A stretch of 60,000 bases of DNA from Malacoraja senta (taxonomy: Eukaryota): assembly GCA_038087875.1 (NCBI GenBank), contig CM075987.1:16060001-16120000 (forward strand), given 5' to 3'. Shown here piece after piece: positions 11,061-23,177 of this stretch; position 1 is the first letter of the stretch, and the number at the start of each line of letters is the position of its first letter. Below the pieces are notes generated by a model. The model was not told the origin of the DNA, searched no databases, and was given only the letters and a program-made list of their open reading frames with translations. Made by a program: the position numbers and the translations under genes.

Positions 11061-11219
11061 TCCCAGTTCCTGCTGCATTCAGGAGCTGTACATTACAACC
11101 ATGTTGGCGGGGGCTTGTGTTTACAGTTGTATCTGTGCTGGCTTTCGTGTGGGTTTCCTCATCTCCGGATGGCTGTTCCTTTTATTGCTTCCAAAATGAA
11201 TCTATGTAATTATTATTAA

Positions 11220-11330
11220 TATGCATATGGTAGAAATATGTATATATGCACACCATATGCATATTAATTATATATTATACACGCATACACACACACACAC
11301 ATACATATAATATATTGTACATATTTTGCA
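11220..11330. repeat. AT/CA-rich microsatellite and low-complexity tract
   Basis: (TA)n and (CA)n runs. Confidence 0.7.
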
Positions 11331-11687
11331 AATAGATGGATGCATACGAGCTAACAACTCGAGTGTTTTGTTTCTCCACGATGTGCGGTCAGTGACACAA
11401 CCCTCCGGGGTTGGTTTTCGGTTCAATCTCTGTCGTGCATGAAGAGCAAAGTCAACGCTGAGTGAGTGTTTGTTGCTTGGTGTCGCCCACTCCGTGTCGT
11501 GAGGCCAGCTTGTACATGATGTCATGGCAGTCGGCACAATAGCGCCGGTTTCATTTGTAAAGCACCGGCTGTTTTTAAAACTCGAGAGTACGGCTTCTGT
11601 GACAGTGAAGTGATGGTGTTGGTCCTGAATGCACTCCTGTTGGAGTTTAATCCCAAGTCTGTCCATACTGTGGACAGGGCGACCCTA

Positions 11688-11970
11688 TAGTAGAGAGCTG
11701 CCGCCTCACAGCGCCGGAGATCTGGGTTCGATCCTGATCTCGGAGTTTGCCTGTGTGGAGTTTGTACTTTTCCGGGTGACCTTGTGGGTTTCTTCCCACG
11801 TCCCAAAGATGTGGGGGTTTGTAAATTAATTGGTTCTGCAAAGCTGCCGCGGGAGCTTTACTGAATGGATTTGGAATGGAATGGAATAACACAGAACTAA
11901 TGCGAGTGGGTGATCGATGGTCGGCAAACACTCAATGGGACCTTTCTGTTTCCATACTGTATCTCTACAC
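11688..11970 (+). mobile_element. HE1/V-SINE-like tRNA-derived SINE
   Basis: GCCTCACAGCGCC...GGGTTCGATCC (B box)...TGTGTGGAGTTTG...GTGGGTTTC V-domain-like core; CR1-like tail (CCTTTCTGTTTCCATACTGTATCTCTA). Confidence 0.8.
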
Positions 11971-12477
11971 AAAACGGTTTACATAATGTAAACACTGACG
12001 CTGGGAGTTTAGCCCCATTGGTCCCTACTGGTTGTCCTACTGCAATCAAATTATACCATACGATACTTGACTTGAGTACGGTGTGATCGATACTGCACCA
12101 ATCACGTACTGTACATCGATACTGTACCAATCACATTCTCTGCACTCTAGGGATGAAGGCATTTATTCTGAATTTCTTGTTTTATTGTATTGACATTCTC
12201 TGGCACTTTCTGGTGAAAGCTATTTTAATTTCAAAAAGAGTGTACCCTAATTTTGTAGCCACGTGTAATGAGTGCCCTGTTGTTATCTATGTGGAAATTC
12301 ACTCGCCATGAATCTGGTTACTCTGCAAGTTTATTTCTTCATGGGCCTTCTCTGTGTCATCAGCCCAGAAAATGTGCTGCTGTCAAAATTGCAAAGATTA
12401 AATATAAATGAAAGTGGGCCCAGCCCCAATACTGTGGACTACTTTTCCACCATCTGCATAGTTGGCCCTTCCACTTA

Positions 12478-13391
12478 AGGGCCTGTCCCCACGATGCAAG
12501 TTTACCCAAGAGCTCTCCCGTGTTTAAAAAAAATCGAACTCGTGGTAGTCTACGAACTCCTACGACCTTCCACGAATATGTTCACGAGCTCCCACGAGTA
12601 AAAAGTAACAATTGTTTTCATCACGAGTATTTTTTTTACTCGTGGACATTTTTCAGTGTTGAAAAAACGTCATAGAAACATAGAAAATAGGTGCAGGAGT
12701 AGGCCATTCGGCCCTTCGAGCCTGCACCGCCATTCAATATGATCATGGCTGATCATCCAACTCAGTATCCCATCCCTGCCTTCTCTCCATACCCCCTGAT
12801 CCCTTTAGCCACAAGGGCCACATCTAACTCCCTCTTAAATATAGCCAATGAACTGGCCTCAACTACCTTCTGTGGCAGAAAATTCCACAGATTCACCACA
12901 CTCTCTGTAAAAAATGCTGTTCTCATCTCGGTCCTAAAAGACTTCCCTCTTATCCTTAAACTGTGACCCCTAGTTGTGGACTTCCCCAACATCGGGAATA
13001 ATCTTCCTGCATCTAGCCTGTCCAACCCCTTAAGAATTTTGTGAGTTTCTATAAGATCCCCCCTCAATCTTCTAAATTCTAGCGTGTACAAGCCGAGTCT
13101 ATCCAATCTTTCTTCATATGAAAGTCCTGCCATCCCAGGAATCAGTCTGGTGAACCTTCTCTGTATTCCCTCTATGGCAAGAATGTCTTTCCTCAGATTA
13201 GGAGACCAAAAGGAGACCAAAATTCATGAGTAAAACAATTCTCGTGATGAAACAAATGGTTACTTTTTACTCGTAGGAGCTCGTGAACATATTCGTGGGT
13301 GGTCGTAGGAGTTTGTAAAATACCACAAGTTTGATTTTTTTTTTTAACTCGGGAGAGCTCTTGGGTAAACTCACATCGTGGGACAGGGCCT
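12478..13391. mobile_element. PIF/Harbinger-type MITE with long inverted arms, interrupted by a CR1 fragment
   Basis: TIR AGGGCCTGTCCC...GGGACAGGGCCT; TTA on both flanks; interior related to 48744-49070. Confidence 0.8.
12671..13220 (-). mobile_element. CR1 LINE 3' fragment nested in a MITE
   Basis: Open ORF2 C-terminus FWSPNLRKDILAIEGIQRRFTRLIPGM...TRGHSLRIRG...WNFLP; (TTTCTATG)n tail. Confidence 0.93.
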
Positions 13392-14078
13392 TTACTTTCT
13401 GCTTTGTCTTAACCTATCTTTTTTGCCTTTTCTGTCCTTTTAGAAATTCCGCATGTAATTTAGCAGTTTGTTTTTATGCCGGTGATGGGCTGCATGTAAG
13501 ATTTTCCATTGCATCTCTACCTTATTTTGTGTATATGACAATAAACGCAACTTGCTTGTTCCCTACTCTGACCTTCAGGAGATTATCTGGCATCGTATCA
13601 AAGATTTTAAAACTCCATATTAATTTCATCATCTGACATACTTTTGTATGCTCCCTCTGTGAGAAAAAAATAACAAGGTTGAACAAACACGTCTTTCCAT
13701 TTTGAAATCCACATGAACTATTCAATGTTGTTCTAGTAAGGAGACCTTTGTTGTTAAGGTGTTGGGTCCACCTTGCGTTTGGTATTTTATCTCCTCCTTA
13801 AATATCCATCTGTGTTCATTGATCCTGAATATCCACCTTTCTCCAACAATTAAAAAGATGTGTAACTTTGTATCTGGTGTCAATTCTGATGTCAGATGCA
13901 AATGCACCTAATCAGCTCTCCTGATTAAAACTCAAACTGAACCCAAGTTGTTATTTCCTATTTATTCAATTTCATTGTGTGTTAAGCAAATTCCTTGATT
14001 CAAATCCATTAACTATTTGTTCTTCCTCTAACCTTTTGAAGTGTTTTTCCTTTGTTCTTGATGGGTCTTGGGCATGTT

Positions 14079-14215
14079 CATAAGGTCATAATCCATAGGA
14101 GCAGAATTAGGCCATTCGGTCCATCAATTCTACTCTGTCATTCAATCATGGCTGATCTATCTCTCCCTCCTAACCCCATTCTCCTGCCTTCTCCCCATAA
14201 CCTATGACACCTGTC
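14079..14215 (-). mobile_element. CR1 3'UTR stub
   Basis: CATAAGGTCATA tail and GCCATTCGG...CAATCATGGCTGATC 3'UTR motif. Confidence 0.7.
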
Positions 14216-14296
14216 AGGTGTTGACCATCAATGTTGACCATCAGATATTAGCCTGGTGGACTGGCAGTTTGTTTAGATATATGCCCTAGTTTGGGT

Positions 14297-15510
14297 CAAA
14301 GATCCTATAGCGGAGCAAGATAGACCACTCCTGCTAAATGCAATGGGCTGACGTGTAGTACACAACGGAGAGGAACGTGGGCCTTTTTTTCATCCATTTC
14401 AGTAACCCGGCCCAACTTTGTAAATCCCTCTCGGCGTTAAGGGGGAACAGTTTGTGTGTGTGATATAGGGTTAGATTCATAATTCTGTTCATTCATAATT
14501 CTGTTAAATTTTGTTGAAGATTAATATGTTAACAAATTATGATTCTGTTAATTGTCTTTTTTAAAGTTTTTTTTAAAGCTTTTTTTTAAATGGTTCATGT
14601 GCTGTGTGTGAGTTGATTTTTGTATTACTCTTGCACTCTGTAATTCATCTAATCACACTGTTCACAACTGCGGTATTTGGAAAATAATAGCAATATGAAG
14701 ATTCCAGTTGCTCTGCTCTTGGAATCTTGGAATATTCCTTAATGTTCCTTAATGTTTTTTTGTGTCTATGGAATTGTTTTTCAACAAAATGGGTCTGGTC
14801 TTCCCAATAGCCAGAGAGTGATCTGTCTGTAATGGTGGGATTATCTAAATGAAGTATTTAACAAAATAAAATTTGTTTTGAGCTAGATTAAAAAACGATG
14901 TATAACTTAAGGATGCTTTTATTCCGCGACCATACAACTGATTAGATTGTGTAGGAAAGAACACGCATACACACATATATGTTTAAGAAGGAACTGCAGA
15001 TGATGGAAAATCGAACCCGCACCCGCTGAGTTTCTCCAGCACTTTTGTCTACACACATATATGAATGTGATAGAGATGTATATAATCATATAACACACAC
15101 ACATTTATATTTCTCCAGATTTGTATATACAATGATAAACTTTATTTCGGACACAAGGGGCAACATGACATAATACATTGCAATCTCCCCGCAACTTTAC
15201 CCTGGCGTCCCAGCCATGCTGATCCAGGCCAGACTTCGCACACACTGTGGAAGGAACATAGGCATCTTTTTGCTTTTTATTGAGAGGCAGAAAGAAAATG
15301 AGGAGAGGATTTTTACCAAAGATTTTTCATTTTTACGAGGATGTTTCCATAACCGGCTTCTGTGTCCGCACTAGTATCTTTGCTCCGCTATGGCGGACAA
15401 AGATGGCGGAGACGGAAGCCGGTTACGGAAATTGGGCTGAAATTTACCCATGAATCTGCCCATGACCGCACTACGTCGGGTGGACTATCTTGCTTGCTAT
15501 AGGATCTTTG
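14297..15510. mobile_element. Non-autonomous DNA transposon (P-element-like or hAT) with 8-bp TSD
   Basis: About 30-bp TIR CAAAGATCCTATAGC..AGCAAGATAG(A/T)CCAC; TSD GTTTGGGT (14289-14296) and GTTTGAGT (15511-15518). Confidence 0.75.
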
Positions 15511-15782
15511 GTTTGAGTAAGCAGAGTCCAGAAGGTAAATAGAGATTTGATAAATAAGAGGGTGAAGGGTTACTGTGAGTGGATGGGAATGTGAAGTTGA
15601 GTTTACATTCAGAATCATATTAAATGAGAGAGGAAGCTTGAGGGGGTGGGTAACCTGTTCCTAATTCATGTCATTCTGTTTATGTAGTTCAAGGACTCTT
15701 GTTACAGGTGACGTGTGAGTCATCATTGAAAGGTGTGGTCGCAAGTTCCCCAAGGAATAATGAACAATAGATTAACAGAAGT

Positions 15783-15930
15783 CGAACAAAATGTGTCGGA
15801 GGAACTGCAGATGCTGGTTTACTCCGAAGATAGACACAAAATGCTGGTGAAACCATCAGAAGAAGGGTCTCGACCCGAAACATCACCATTCCTTCTGTGT
15901 TCCGCTCAGTTACTCGAGTACTATGTGTCT
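15783..15930. mobile_element. Inverted Penelope pLTR-derived mini-element with 12-bp TSD
   Basis: TSD ATTAACAGAAGT at 15771-15782 and 15931-15942. Confidence 0.7.
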
Positions 15931-16460
15931 ATTAACAGAAGTACAAGTTTAGGGTCTTGATGTGGACTTCATTAAGCCAAGAGCAGGCCAATGGAGATTT
16001 TTAAATAGCCCTCTCTCAGAAAGCCTGGACAATTTGCAAAAGACATGTCTGAGCACTATGGTTTAAATTAATCTTGGGAATACTTCATCCCGATGCAGGA
16101 GATCAAGCAGCCAACACTGCTGCTGTAATTCCATTCTCTGCCTCACAGTGGGCATTTGTGCCTTTCATGTCAAAGCAGCATTGTCAGCCCAGAGCGATCT
16201 GAGGGGCCAAGGCCTACAGTGTGAAACTGGACCAAAAGAATCAAATCTGCAATTGGACAGGAGGCCAGGTTGTTCTTCAGCTCTTCATGACCCCCCTCCC
16301 AATGTTTAAATGTCAGATTGAGCTGACTATTCACACTCCTAGCACAGAAAGTGACCAGCACATGTCATTGCCTGGGCATATAACCCCTCTACCCACCCCC
16401 CATTTAAAATTATTGAATGGTGCTATGAATTTGACTATAAAGGAAGCATCACTGATTGTA

Positions 16461-16550
16461 TCACGAAGGGTCTCGACCCGAAACGTCACCTTTTCCTTTG
16501 CTCCATAGATGCTGCCTCACCCGGTGAGTTTCTCCAGCATTTTTATCTAC
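16461..16550 (+). mobile_element. Short Penelope pLTR derivative with 14-bp TSD
   Basis: TSD CATCACTGATTGTA at 16447-16460 and 16551-16564; GAAGGGTCTCGACCCGAAACGTCACC motif. Confidence 0.8.
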
Positions 16551-16789
16551 CATCACTGATTGTAAAGTACTTTTGGATGCTTCGAGGTGGCGAAAGATGC
16601 CATAACATTACAAGCAATTCCCAGTACATAATGATGTACAGTGGTCACTCAGTGATATAGTGAGATAATGAAATTATTCAATTAGTTCTCCTTTGCCCTA
16701 TTTAGCACCAGGAACTGCCACACAATGCTTCCTGAAAGAGGAAGCATGGCTGCCATGTGTTTCCCACATCAGCTAGACGTCTTGATATC

Positions 16790-17060
16790 CTTCAGCCTCT
16801 CACAGCGACAGACACCCGGGTACGATCTTGACCTCTTGATCGCACATTCTCCCTGTGACCGGCTAGGTTTCCTCAGGGTGCTCCCGTTTCCTCCCACATC
16901 CCTAAGATGTGTGGATTTATACGTTTATTGGTCTCTGTAAAAGCCCCCTAGTGTGTAGGAAAAAGATGCGAAACTGGGATAACATAGAAGGGGTGATGGA
17001 TGGTCAGCGTGGACTCAGTGAGCCAAAGAGCCTGTTTCCATGCTGTATCTTTCAATTCAA
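16790..17060 (+). mobile_element. HE1/V-SINE-like SINE
   Basis: Homologous to 11688-11970; ends CCTGTTTCCATGCTGTATCTTTCAATTCAAT. Confidence 0.7.
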
Positions 17061-17429
17061 TCAATTCTGTTATTTGCTTTCTTTTGGGAAACCTCTGCTG
17101 CTTCCTGAGTGGTGTCCAGCTGTGGGTTCTAGGCCGTCACTTGGCAATGCTGAGCATACACGTCCCAACAATCTCCAGCTCATCCGTTTCACTGCTGGAC
17201 AGGAGGTTCTTCCTTTGTTACCTCTAGGTTTGAGGTTCTTCTTCGCCAGAAATTTCTGCTTATTTTGGAAGGTCTCAAGCTTCTTCGTCAATCTCCTTGC
17301 CAGCTTTCCCCACTCCGAGTCAATTAAAAAAAAACTTACCAAGGGTATTGCTGTTTATAGTAGCTTCAACGTTTATGGTAGCCTAGTCCTTTATGTTGAG
17401 AGGCAAATCTTTTATTTTTCGAAAGTAAA

Positions 17430-17720
17430 ATGGACAGCATAGTGACACAACCCATGGAGCTACCTCTTGGCTCCAATGGCCTAGGTTCATTCATGATGTC
17501 CAGCATTGTCTGTGTGAAGTTTGCATGTTGTGTCCACGTGGGTTTCCTCCACATCCCAAGATGTGGGGCTTTGATCTGGTAATTTGCCTATTACGAGTTA
17601 TCAAATGTAATATAGTTGATGAGAATGTGGGACTTGTTTAGGATTAGTGTAAATAGGTGGTTAATGATCAGTGCAAAGAGCCGCCTTATGTTGCGTCACC
17701 CCGTGACTATCTCTATGAGA
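17430..17720 (+). mobile_element. Decayed HE1/V-SINE-like SINE
   Basis: TGTCTGTGTGAAGTTTGCATGTT...GTGGGTTTCCTCC core. Confidence 0.55.
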
Positions 17721-18618
17721 AAGCAGCACTGGAATAGGCTCACTGATAGCATGTTACTGCTTAATTACAGTTTGCCAGCTTGGAGCAGATTCAAACCGGT
17801 TCCTATTGTCTTAAAAGGTGCAATTTAAGGAGCACATCTGTTGTTCGTGGTGTGTTTTGATAATGAGATTAAACATGCAAGCTTCCAACTGGTGCATCAG
17901 CAGTTTTTAGTTGCAGTCACTGATAGCTATTGAAGGTGAGAAGGGAAAGATGTAATGGGAAGCTGATGGGCAACTTTTTCGGAGTGGTGAGTTTATTAAA
18001 CTAGCTTCCAGAGGAAGTAATTGAGGCAGATACAAGAACAACATTTAAAATACAATTGGATGGGTATCAAAGGTTCAAAAGTATACGGGCCAAATGCAGG
18101 CAAATGGGCATCTTGGTGAGCATGAACGAGTTGGGCTGAAGGGCCTGTTTCGTAAGATTCTTTGACTCATTCCCAAGAAAATCAACATGCTAATTGTGAA
18201 CAGGAAGCTTTAGTAGCTGCTGTCAACTGCTGGCCAAAGAACCATGGGGTGATGGTGGGGATTTTTATCTGGTATTGCATCATATCAGCTGGAACTGAGT
18301 GAGGCTCCCTTCCAATCTTCCACTCCGATAAGGTCAAGGACAGTCTGCTGCTGGGAATGCGCCAGAGGAGTCTTATCACCGGAACATCACCAGGGGCTCG
18401 GCAGCAAGGAAAGTTGCTCGGGTGGAGAGTCGACAGTTTCCTGGGGACGCACAACTTCCCAGGAACGTCACAGAGGGTGTGGGCAGTTCACAGGAGTGCC
18501 ACTGGGTGGGGGTAAGGGTCAGCAAGATCCTGTCAACACCGCCAAGAGGTCACCCATTATTGGGCGGCGACAGAATCCTGGATTACAGATGAGGAAAGTC
18601 CATCTGAAGAAGAATTTA

Positions 18619-19530
18619 ATTTGAGGAAGGACATTCTTGCTATTGAGGGAGTGCAGCGTAGGTTTATAAGGTTAATTCCCGGGATGGCGGGACTGTCATA
18701 TGCTGAGAGAATGGAGCAGCTGGGCTTGTACACTCTGGAGTTTAGAAGGATGAGAGGGGATCTCATTGAAACATACAAGATTGTTAAGGGTTTGGACACG
18801 CTAGAGGCAGGAAACATGTTCCCGATGTTGGGGGAGTTCAGAACCAGGGGCCACAGTTTAAGAATAAGGGGTAAGCCATTTAGAACGGAGATGAGGAAAC
18901 ACTTTTTCTCACAGAGAGTGGTGAGTCTGTGGAATTCTCTGCCTCAGAGGGCGGTGGAGACAGGTTCTCTGGATGCTTTCAAGAGAGAGCTAGATAGGGC
19001 TCTTAAAAATAGTGGAGTCATAGATACATAGATACATAGAAAATAGGTGCAGGAGTAGGCCATTCGGCCCTTCGAGCCTGCACCGCCATTCAATATGATC
19101 ATGGCTGATCATCCAACTCAGTATCCCGTACCTGCCTTCTCTCCATATCCCCTGATCCCTTTAGCCACAAGGGCCACATCTAACTCCCTCTTAAATATAG
19201 CCAATGAACTGGCGTCAACTACCCTCTGTGGCAGAGAGTTCCAGAGATTCACCACTCTCTGTGTGAAAAAGTTTTTCCTCATCTCGGTCTTAAAGGATTT
19301 CCCCCTTATCCTTAAGCTGTGACCCCTTGTCCTGGACTTCCCCAACATCGGGAACAATCTTCCTGCATCTAGCCTGTCCAACCCCATAAGAATTTTGTAC
19401 GTTTCAGGGGATATGGGGAGAAGGCAGGAACGGGGTACTGATTGGGGATGATTAGCCATGATCACATTGAATGGCAGTGCTGGCTCGAAGGGCCGAATGG
19501 CCTACTCCTGCACCTATTGTCTATTGTCTA
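18619..19530 (+). mobile_element. CR1 LINE 3' fragment split by a nested antisense CR1
   Basis: ORF2 peptide RKDILAIEGVQRRFIRLIPGM...DRALKNSGV breaks at 19020 and resumes at about 19404 (TCAGGGGATATGGGGAG). Confidence 0.9.
19021..19403 (-). mobile_element. CR1 LINE 3' fragment nested in opposite orientation
   Basis: Very similar to 12671-13045; CATAGATACATAGA tail; ORF2 peptide ETYKILMGLDRLDAGRLFP. Confidence 0.9.
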
Positions 19531-19958
19531 ATCTGGCAAAAGAAACCAAGCAATCGACTGAAATTCTCAGTCTCCTTCTCCCAGGAAAATCGCACATTGC
19601 TGCAATGTGCTTTTTTCCTGGGAAAAGGAGACTGAGAATTTCAGTCGATGCAACAGTCAACCACAAGGACTTTCACTGCACATGTTGTCGATCCAAAGCC
19701 CTTCCATGACTTTGAAGTCATGGCCAATGACCCCAAGATCTGCAGCTCCTGATCCTGATCTCTAGCTCCTCGAAGCCAGAATTTGTTGCCTTTAATTCTG
19801 GTCTCTTCCTTCTCCAACCACCCCCATTACCAATCTCCGCCTCCTTCCCGCACTTCTGAATGCCTGTCCACACTCAGCTGTCTTCCTCCCAACCCTTCAC
19901 ATGGTGAAAAGTTAGTAATCGACTGTCCAAGAATGTTGTACATTGAATAGCTCTGTTA

Positions 19959-20336
19959 AGGGCCTGTCCCACGGGCATGCGACTCCATGCGGCAAGCGCG
20001 ACCTAACCGCAAGCGGGTGCCGTGCGGGGGCTGCGCGGAGGTCGAGCGATCCCCGTATTGGGCCGGTCCCACCAGCATGCGGCTGCATGCGGCAACGCTA
20101 CCAAACCGGAAGCGGGGGCCGCGCGGAGGTCGGGGGGCCGCGCGGAGGTCGAGTGCCGTCAAGATGGTGCGTACGGCGTCGAGGTGGTGCGCACGGCCTC
20201 GATGCGGCTGCGGGGCGGCAGGCCGTTGCCGCACAGAATTTTTGAACCATGTCAGTTTTTCGGAGCCCCGCGCGATGTCGGGACCAACTCCGCACAACTC
20301 CATGCGGCTCCCGCGATCGAAGTGGGACCGGCCCCT
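19959..20336. mobile_element. GC-rich PIF/Harbinger-type MITE
   Basis: TTA-AGGGCCTGTCCCAC...GTGGGACCGGCCCCT-TTA. Confidence 0.8.
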
Positions 20337-20427
20337 TTACTTCTCAGTACAGTAGACAATCACAATATTATTAATTGGAACTGATCCAAAATCTATATTC
20401 TCTTGTATCTGCATTCCACTGGACTAA

Positions 20428-21006
20428 AGGCTCTGTCTTACGGTGTTGCGGTCATCGGCGGTGAAGCGCGGCTTCGCCTGTAGAGTGGACTGCACGGCGA
20501 CGGCGAGAGCGCCGAGCCTATGCCACGGGAGCGCCACACAGATGCTGCGTGGGGGCCGAGTGATTTAAATACGGCTGGTCCCACGTGCTTGCGGTAAGTT
20601 AAAAAAAGAGCGTGCCGACTGCGATGACGTCATTTTGGATCTGCGAGGCTGTGGCGGCGGCCGTCCTGATCGCGGCGCTGTAGCGGTGCCTGTGGCGGCG
20701 GCCGTGCCACACGTGCCTCACTGGCGGAGGCTGTGGCGGTGCAAGTTCGACGCATGGCGCTCGAGCCGCACTGGCGGTGGCTGTGGCGGCGGCCGTGCCG
20801 CACACGTGCCTCACTGGCGGAGGCTGTCCGGTAGGGACATACTTTTGAACAGTGTTGGTTTTATTTTAGCACCGTGCGGTGTTGGGAACAACGCCGCACG
20901 GCCCCGGAATTGTGCGTTTGACCGAGTGCGCGGTCTATGGCGGCCCAGGAGCGGTAGATTCTTCCCGTTTCGCCGCCAATGACCGCAGACTCGTGAGACA
21001 GGACTT
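20428..21006. mobile_element. GC-rich PIF/Harbinger-type MITE with internal direct repeats
   Basis: TAA-AGGCTCTGTCTTACG...CGTGAGACAGGACTT-TAA; internal repeats of CTGTGGCGGCGGCCGTGCC..CACGTGCCTCACTGGCGGAGGCTGT. Confidence 0.65.
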
Positions 21007-22204
21007 TAAGTGAAGAGCTAATCAACATTCAGTGTATTGTGGGCTCCATGATGTAACATATGCTTATTATAATACATTGTGATTACTGTGTTTAACAGAT
21101 AGTAACATATGTTTTTATTATGTTATTACTTACCCCATGTAAACACAATAAAGGTTTCGTAACATTACCGTGCACTATTTTACAAAATGGCACAGGCCAT
21201 ACACACTGTAGAGTCTATACTTGCTTTTGGAACAACCCCATTCCCCCACATTTCCCTACAACGTTCTTCTCTTTTATAAGCACATCAATACCCAACCCCC
21301 TGCCGATTCTCCTGCCAGCCTCCACCAATATGGGCGATTTACACCAACTAATTAATCTACTGACCAGCATGCATTTGGGATGTGGGAGGAAACCAGATCA
21401 ACTGGAAGAGAGGTAGAAGCACTAGAAGAATGTGTAAACCGGAGGTCATGAACAATCTTAGCATTATTTATAATGTTTTACAAACTATATTGAGAACAGC
21501 ACTGCTAAAGGCTGATACAGATTAGTATCTGTAACCCAGGCATGTCAGGAAAACAACAGGAAATGCTGGAGACACTCAGTAGGGTCAAGCAGCAATGTGG
21601 AAAGAAAAACCGAGTTAATGATTGAGGTTGAAGATCCTTCCCCTGATGAGAAGGTCAAATCCCTCTCTTCCTGCATATGCTGCTTGATCAGCTGAGTGTA
21701 TCCAACATTTTATGTTTTCGTTCAGCTTTACAGCGCCTGCAGTTTTTATGTCTGAATAACACTCCCAGATTTGTGCAGACCTGCTTGTAAAGTTCTGCAT
21801 TATTCCGCTGAACACATGTTATTTCAAGCAGCTGCAATGAAACACGTCCAGAGGTCCCACCTCCCTGCCACAAATAGTTGCTGATCATGTCGGCCTCATC
21901 GTGTCAGGACACATCTGTGTCTGGGTCGTGTGTGTGTGCTCTTGCGGTTTAAATCGGCACCAAACGCTGCTGAGTTCCAGCCCTGGTATCTGCTCTCCTT
22001 AATACTATGGCAATCCAACGATTCAGCCTCTCCCAACCCAATAGCATTCGCAGATCATGCATTCTTCCATTCTGGCTTATAGTATGTCCTCGTCTGTCAA
22101 CACTTAACTCTGGAATTCCTTCCCCAAACTTTTCTTCTCCAAATTGTTTCTCAGAACCAATGCTGTGGTCATATGACATGGTCAGTGATCCTATGAAATA
22201 TCAT

Positions 22205-22590
22205 AAAGTCTGAGTTGTATTGCATGTAAACAGGCCCTTCAGCCAGACTTGCCCACGCTAACCAACATGCCTCATCTACACTAGTTCCACCTGCCTGCGC
22301 TTGGCCCATATCCCGCTAAACCTATCCTATCCATGTATCTGTCCAAATGTTTTTTATACGTTGTGATAATACTTGTCTCAACTACCTCCTCCGGCAGCTC
22401 GTTCCATCTCTAACTCTTTAGGGAGTTAGATTTAGCTCTTGGGGCTAAGGGAATCAAGGGATATGGGGAGGGAAAAGGCAAAACGGGGTACTGATTTTGG
22501 ATGATCAGCCATGATCACATTGAATGGCGGTGCAGGCTCGAAGGGCCGAACGGTCTACTCCTACACCTACTTTCTAAGTTTCTATATACC
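22205..22590. mobile_element. Two abutting CR1 3' stubs in opposite orientation
   Basis: Minus stub at about 22205-22410 and plus stub at about 22412-22590, both with CR1 3'UTR motifs. Confidence 0.7.
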
Positions 22591-23177
22591 TTCCATCTTG
22601 GGACAAGTTATAATAAAGGTGTAGATAAATGTAAGTTTTTGCCCAAAGTTGGAGAGTGTCAGATTAACAGGTGATGACTCTGAACCTTGTATCTGCGCAT
22701 GTACAATATTGAGGAGCTGAATGCCTTGCAGCTCCTTACACAACCCGTTCAGCCACGTCTCCCAGAAATGCCTTGGGCTGTTCTAAGTAAACTGAGCTGC
22801 TTTGCGGTACGGTGATTGTTGGAGCCAAGTGTCTTGTGCTTTGGTGCAGCAACTTCAGCGTTGACAGTACAAACCATCATCTTCTAATTCACAACCCTGC
22901 GTTGTGCAATGAAAACAACCATGGTGCATGTTTCTCCTCTGAATTTTCCCGTTGCTATGTTGAAATCAAAACATGTTTGACCAACCTCTGCTTCAACTTG
23001 CCCTTCCTTGGAACTCAGCTACTCATCAGCCCAAGGATTTTTCCTCCCATCTGAAAGGTTTTGAAATGCAAGCTGGGTGTTGGCGAGCAGCTGTGTTTAC
23101 TCCACTGTGGTTTTGTTCAGTGCAGCTCGCCTTCTGCCCACTAGATGGAGTCCTTGACTCAATCCCAAACCAGCAAA

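Noticed and set aside
10817..11209. 130-aa ORF as a single-exon gene
   Set aside because: Non-ATG start, runs through a strong splice donor at 11051, and is expected by chance in GC-rich DNA
11688..11750. tRNA gene
   Set aside because: A B-box is present, but it is the head of a SINE and no complete cloverleaf is evident
19943..20982. Cluster of overlapping Arg/Gly/Ala-rich ORFs, or a host CpG-island promoter
   Set aside because: Lies within TIR/TSD-bounded GC-rich MITEs; stop-codon scarcity explains the ORFs
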